Origin: Octopus bimaculoides
Taxonomy: Eukaryota
NCBI RefSeq assembly: GCF_001194135.2
Contig: NC_068988.1
Coordinates: 63,813,843 to 63,854,768 of the forward strand
Reading direction: 5' to 3'
Length of the DNA: 40,926 nucleotides
Shown: positions 36,421 through 40,926 of the stretch, one piece after another
Numbering within the stretch: the stretch's first letter is position 1
How the letters are laid out: each line of letters starts with the position of its first letter
Position numbers and translations under genes: made by a program
Notes under the pieces: model-generated
The model's input: the letters and a program-made list of their open reading frames with translations, nothing else
Told to the model about the DNA's origin: nothing
Database searches by the model: none

Positions 36421-36852
36421 ACTCCGTGACGCCGGACAAAATGCCTAGCACCATTTAGTCCGTTTGTACGTTCTAGGTTCAAATGTCGCTAAGGTCGACC
36501 TTACCATTCACCCCTAAGCGGTTGATAAAACATGTACCATTTGAAAACTGGGGTCGATGTATTTTGAATTAGCCCATCTCAGCAAATTTCTGGCCTTGCG
36601 CCAAAATTAGAAATTACTATTATTAAAGCAAGAAGCTAGGCACAATCGATAGCGTGCTGTAAAAAAAAAGAATTGGTGGCATTTCTACCTGCTCTTGAAG
36701 TTCTGAGTTCAAATCCCTCCGTAGTCATCTTTGCATGTAATCCTTTCGGGATCTGTAAAATACAGTACCGCTCAAGTACTTGGGTCGATGTAATAGACTT
36801 ACTCTTTTTCAGCAAAGTTTCTGGCCCTGCGCCAAAATTTGAAACAGTTATT
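36421..36852 (+). mobile_element. Two old type A SINEs head-to-tail (36421-36620, 36624-36852)
   Basis: Each has gttcaaat, gggtcgatgta and tail aaa.tt(t)ctggcc.tgcgccaaaatt.gaaa. Confidence 0.75.
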
Positions 36853-36954
36853 TAACTGTAGATTTATATAAGTAACCAAAAGCACGAGGGTTTCGTGTGT
36901 AGCACTTACTAAACAAGTTGTTTCACGTTAATTTACAGCTAAATGATATGTGAG

Positions 36955-37265
36955 AAGGTTCGTGGCTTACTGACCAGAATATTTGTTTCATGTTCGTAAG
37001 GCCTTAAGTCTGATTCCCGACGGCGCGTTCTGTCCTTGAGCAAGATTCTTTATTCCTTGTTTTTGCATTCCACTCAACTGGCAAGAATGGGTTGTACCTG
37101 TAATTCAATCAGTCAGTCTTGTCACACTCTGTGTCACGCTGGATCTCTCTGAGAACTATGGGAGAGTTACACTCAGCTACTTGCATGATAATTTCACGAG
37201 CTGGCTGTTACATTGATCTGATTAACTGGAACCATCAATGTCGTCGCGTGCCACTGACGGAGACC
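36955..37265 (+). mobile_element. SINE type D, old copy
   Basis: tgtccttgagcaaga.tctttatt..cactcaactggcaag..cttgtcacactctgtgtcacgctg..aatttcacgagc.ggctgtt. Confidence 0.75.
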
Positions 37266-38130
37266 CGGGCCAAAAAATATGTATATGTCAACGTGCCTGT
37301 CTGTGTGTATGCTCGATGATACATAAGACTGATAATTATATGTATTGCTATAAAAGGAACTGAGAGACAAAAAGTATTATAAGAGATAAGAGTAGATTGT
37401 AAATGAGAAGAGAAAGGACATGAATATCACAATCGTAGAGAGTGTAAAAAAGAAATTGGATAGAACAGCAAAAGGAAAAATGATATGAAAATGTATAACA
37501 AGGAAAATGAATTGCAAACAGAGAGTGAAAGAATAAGAAAGAAGGTCATCAGTTGATGAAAAGCGAATGAGATGAAAGAAAATAATATTCAGTTCAAGAA
37601 AAATTGTGATTAAGATTTTTATTTTTAGTGATAAAACAAAGCAGGGTTGGGTGTTAGAATTATTTTTATTAGTTTGTCTGAGGAAGTAGGCCAGTACTGT
37701 TGGGATTTTCGGTTCTCCCTAGATAGGTCAATGTGGTTGATGTATAGCATGAAATTTTTTTATTCTTATATCTCAGGAGAAAATATAGTCCGAGTGGGAA
37801 TTGCGGAAGGCTGGAATTATCATAAAGGAGGAGAGAATGTAATGTATATTAGCATAGATCTTGAGTAATACAAGGTAGAGATAGAGATGTGCAGAGGCCG
37901 GTTCGTTGCGTCTGTCTCCGCGTGTGTTCGGTAAACAATATTTTAACTGAGGGGAGCAGCAAACACAGAAATATCTGTGAACGTGAGGGAAAGAGCATAC
38001 AAAAAAAGTAGGCTGAGAGACAAAAGATAGATTGAGTAAAAGAAAGAGAAATCAGTGTGAATAACAAACTAAACGAGCGAAAGAAAAATTCTATGAATGA
38101 TAGAGAAAGCGAGAGACGCTGGGGATAAAC

Positions 38131-38522
38131 AGTGGAGGCGCAATGGCCCAATGGTTAGGGCAGCGGACTCGCGGTCGTAGGATCGCGGTTTCGATTCCCA
38201 GACCGGGCGTTGTGAGTGTTTATTGAGCGAAAACACCTAAAGCTCCACGAGGCTCCGGCAGGAGATGGTGGTGAACCCTGCTGTTCTCTTTCACCACAAC
38301 TTTCTCTCACTCTTACTTCCTGTTTCTGTTGTGCCTGTAATTCAAAGGGTCAGCCTTGTCACACTGTGTCACGCTGAATATCCCCAAGAACTACGTTAAG
38401 GGTACACGAGTCTGTGGAGTGCTCAGCCACTTGTACGTTAATTTCACGAGCAGGCTGTTCCGTTGATCGGATCAACTGGAACCCTCGTCGTCGTAAGTGA
38501 CGGAGTGCCAACAATAACAACA
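38131..38522 (+). mobile_element. SINE type C, full length
   Basis: Reverse complement of 6292-6670 and 32886-33269; (CAA)-type tail. Confidence 0.92.
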
Positions 38523-38649
38523 AACATAACGACAAGTAGAGTGAACACACACATATACAAACACACACACACACATACATACACACACACACACATATAC
38601 ATATGAATGTAAATATATATTTATATATTTATTACCAATCGGCAAAAGT

Positions 38650-38807
38650 GGTCTTTACGTTTTGAGTTCAAATTCCGCGGAGATCGACATTTCCTTTCAT
38701 CTTTTCAGGATTGATAAAATAAATACTAGATGAGGATTGTGATCGATGTAATCGACTTAACCCCACACCGAACTTATTGGCCTTGTGTCAAAATTCGAAA
38801 TCATTAT
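38650..38807 (+). mobile_element. 5'-truncated type A SINE with 14-bp TSD
   Basis: TSD caatcggcaaaagt 38636-38649/caatcggtaaaagt 38808-38821. Begins just upstream of the B box gagttcaaattcc. Confidence 0.85.
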
Positions 38808-39037
38808 CAATCGGTAAAAGTTACTGAGTGACTCGAGGTTCAGGAGTTTCGTGACTTGGTACTTATCAAACTGCTCTCAAATTATCGATATTACATTAAT
38901 ATAGGCCGGTTAAAACGATAAATGAATAATATTTAATATTTGTATCTAATAATTATCATTTTAACCGATCTACACAAATGTAATACTCATTATTTGAAAT
39001 CTGTTTGATAAGTGCCAATACAAGAAACGCTACTGAA

Positions 39038-39240
39038 GGCAAAAGACCTGAAATTTTGGAGTGGGTCGTTAGCTGATGTCATCGACCCCAATACTTGATT
39101 AGTACTTGCTTTATCGACCACTAAATGATGAAAGCCAAAATCGACCATGGCGGAATTTGATCTCAGAATGTAATGACGGACAAAATACCGCTCAGCCTTC
39201 AGTCCGGTCTGCTAATGGTTCTGCCAGCTCGCCACCTTAA
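39038..39240 (-). mobile_element. SINE type A; a second isolated head at 39440-39497
   Basis: ggaatttgatctcagaa..ccgctcagcc..ctgccagctcgccacctta; the head repeats after a microsatellite. Confidence 0.8.
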
Positions 39241-39250
39241 CATATGTATA

Positions 39251-39284
<34 letters not shown>

Positions 39285-40126
39285 CGTGTGAGTGTGTTTA
39301 TGCGTGTGTGTATACATCTATAGATATATACATACACATATATGTAAATATATATATATATGTGTATGAGTGTGTGTGTGTGTGTGTGTGTGTAGGGGAG
39401 CGTGTGTGTGTGTGTGTGTGTGTGCATGTATGTCTCTATAAATGCCGCTCAGCCTTCTGTCCGATATGCTAAAGATTCTGTCAGCGCGACGCCTTAAAAT
39501 ATATATACACGCGCGCGTGTGTGTGTGTGTGTGTGTGTGTGTTCAGAGAGACAATGTAGTGCAAGTTTAGAGAGAATGACGCCCAGACAATGCGATAGGC
39601 TGAAAAACAAATAGGAGAAATGGCGAAAATCTTTTTAAGATAGAAATGCTTTGCGAAAAGAATTGGAAAAAGTGAGTGACAGACTTATAGGGAGATTAAA
39701 ATGATTTAACAGAGTATAAAAGCATTAGAGTAGGAATTCAGGACTGAAATAAAATGAGAGAAAACTTCAGATTAACGAAGAAAGAAAATAAAAAACGTGT
39801 GGCAAATATATTCAGAAAGAATATAGCAAAAAAATGACAATGAGAGAGAACGGAATCTATACTGGAAGAGTGCAGAGAAAATGAAGTGGGGCTAATAACG
39901 TATGTGATTGTGTGAGGGTGAATATATTGTGCAGCCAGAAATATAAAAAATAACTGGAATAGGAAATTTGTGATATGAAAAGAAAGTAACAATATAGTTA
40001 GGTGCTAGATATTTTTTTCTGCTTCACTGATTGACACAGAGGACCTGTCAGAGAGGTCAGTACGTGTGTTGTAATAGAAACGTGACTGGATTGAAAACAG
40101 AAATTAAACAATTCAGCAACACTCAC

Positions 40127-40162
40127 TTTGATTGCATTGACACCTTTGAAAATAATGTAGAG
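40127..40162 (-). CDS. Candidate 36-nt micro-exon of an unidentified minus-strand gene
   Basis: Long pyrimidine tract ..ttctgttctctttttattcctttccaag|, 36 nt open in all frames, donor AAA|GTGAGT. Signals only, no homology. Confidence 0.3.
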
Positions 40163-40811
40163 CTTGGAAAGGAATAAAAAGAGAACAGAAAGAAAAAAAA
40201 CATATACATACACAAAGAAATGGGCAAAAAAAATAATATAAGAATAGAACGTAAAAGAAAAAGAAATGAGAGCAAAATGAGAAACGGTAAAAAGAAAAAG
40301 AAAGAGAGAAAATAGCAAGAAAGAACGTACAGAGGTTTTTGAAGATATGGAAGTATTGATTCCATTCTCAGACGTATGAGGAAATGAGAGAGAACAAAAA
40401 CAAAGAAAAAATGAAAAAAAAAAACAAAATGGTTACCGATATTTTAGATTTCAATATTGTATTTTAGTGCGAGTGAGGGGGAGAGGAGTTCGTTAAAGTT
40501 CTTTATTCTTTTGTTTCACACGTCTTTTTACTTGACATAGTGTTTCTAGGAATATAGCACCCACCAGTGTACCGTCTTCCTGCACCCCACCCCACTGTGG
40601 TTGTTGATGGTTATGGTCGTAATGGTATCATTGTTAGTATCGGAGGTAGTTAGGGTGTTGGTGGTAGTCGTGGTGGTGAATATTTCAGTCCCGGGTCAGC
40701 CCTGATAATCGAAATCTGCATTTAAAATCTTTCCAAACGTGACCATCCTGTCTCTTTACTTATGTACATGCAACACAAGACCACATTATTCAATATGTCC
40801 TTTAATTTGAC

Positions 40812-40926
40812 CAGTAGTCCTCAATCATTTTTTACCTATGGACCCCTTTCTTTCTTAGTTTGGTCAACAGGAGCCCTAAAGCTATTCGATGTTGGAAAAA
40901 AAAACCATTATATTTTTAATTCTTTT
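40812..40926. mobile_element. Second copy of the hAT MITE, running off the window
   Basis: CAGTAGTCCTCAATCATTTTT..ggacccctt..ctattcgatgtt parallels 35342-35415. Confidence 0.65.

Noticed and set aside
1-40926. CRISPR arrays, rRNA, telomeric arrays, prokaryotic operons
   Set aside because: No repeat-spacer periodicity, rRNA motifs or (TTAGGG)n; the sequence is clearly metazoan non-coding and repeat DNA.

Overview
Eukaryotic, AT-rich, repeat-dense draft-assembly sequence. About 4.3 kb of N lies in 10 gaps, nearly all bordered by (TA)n/(CA)n/(GA)n microsatellites. The SINE and MITE families look like those of Octopus (coleoid cephalopod); this is recognition from memory, not a database search. 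No complete protein-coding gene, tRNA/rRNA gene or CRISPR array is supportable, and all long ORFs in the track are gap or microsatellite artefacts. Well supported: (i) three decayed DNA-transposon transposases (Tc1/mariner rosa/DD41D-like at ~0.4-1.3 kb, mariner DD34D at ~19.7-20.2 kb, Chapaev/CMC-like at ~34.5-35.3 kb); (ii) mariner-, hAT- and piggyBac-type MITEs; (iii) over 20 copies or fragments of five tRNA-derived SINE types (my labels A-E), several with TSDs, nested insertions and swapped modules. The most interesting unexplained items are a diverged ~470-bp inverted duplication (4785-5250/7080-7600) with an exon-like core, a ~700-bp non-repeat coding-like minus-strand frame (17602-18305) broken only by TGA/TAG stops and containing a 13-bp stem, a ~100-bp hairpin (29934-30034), a 154-bp direct repeat carrying a splice acceptor, and several candidate small exons. 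None is demonstrated to be a novel system. I found no convincing evidence of one.
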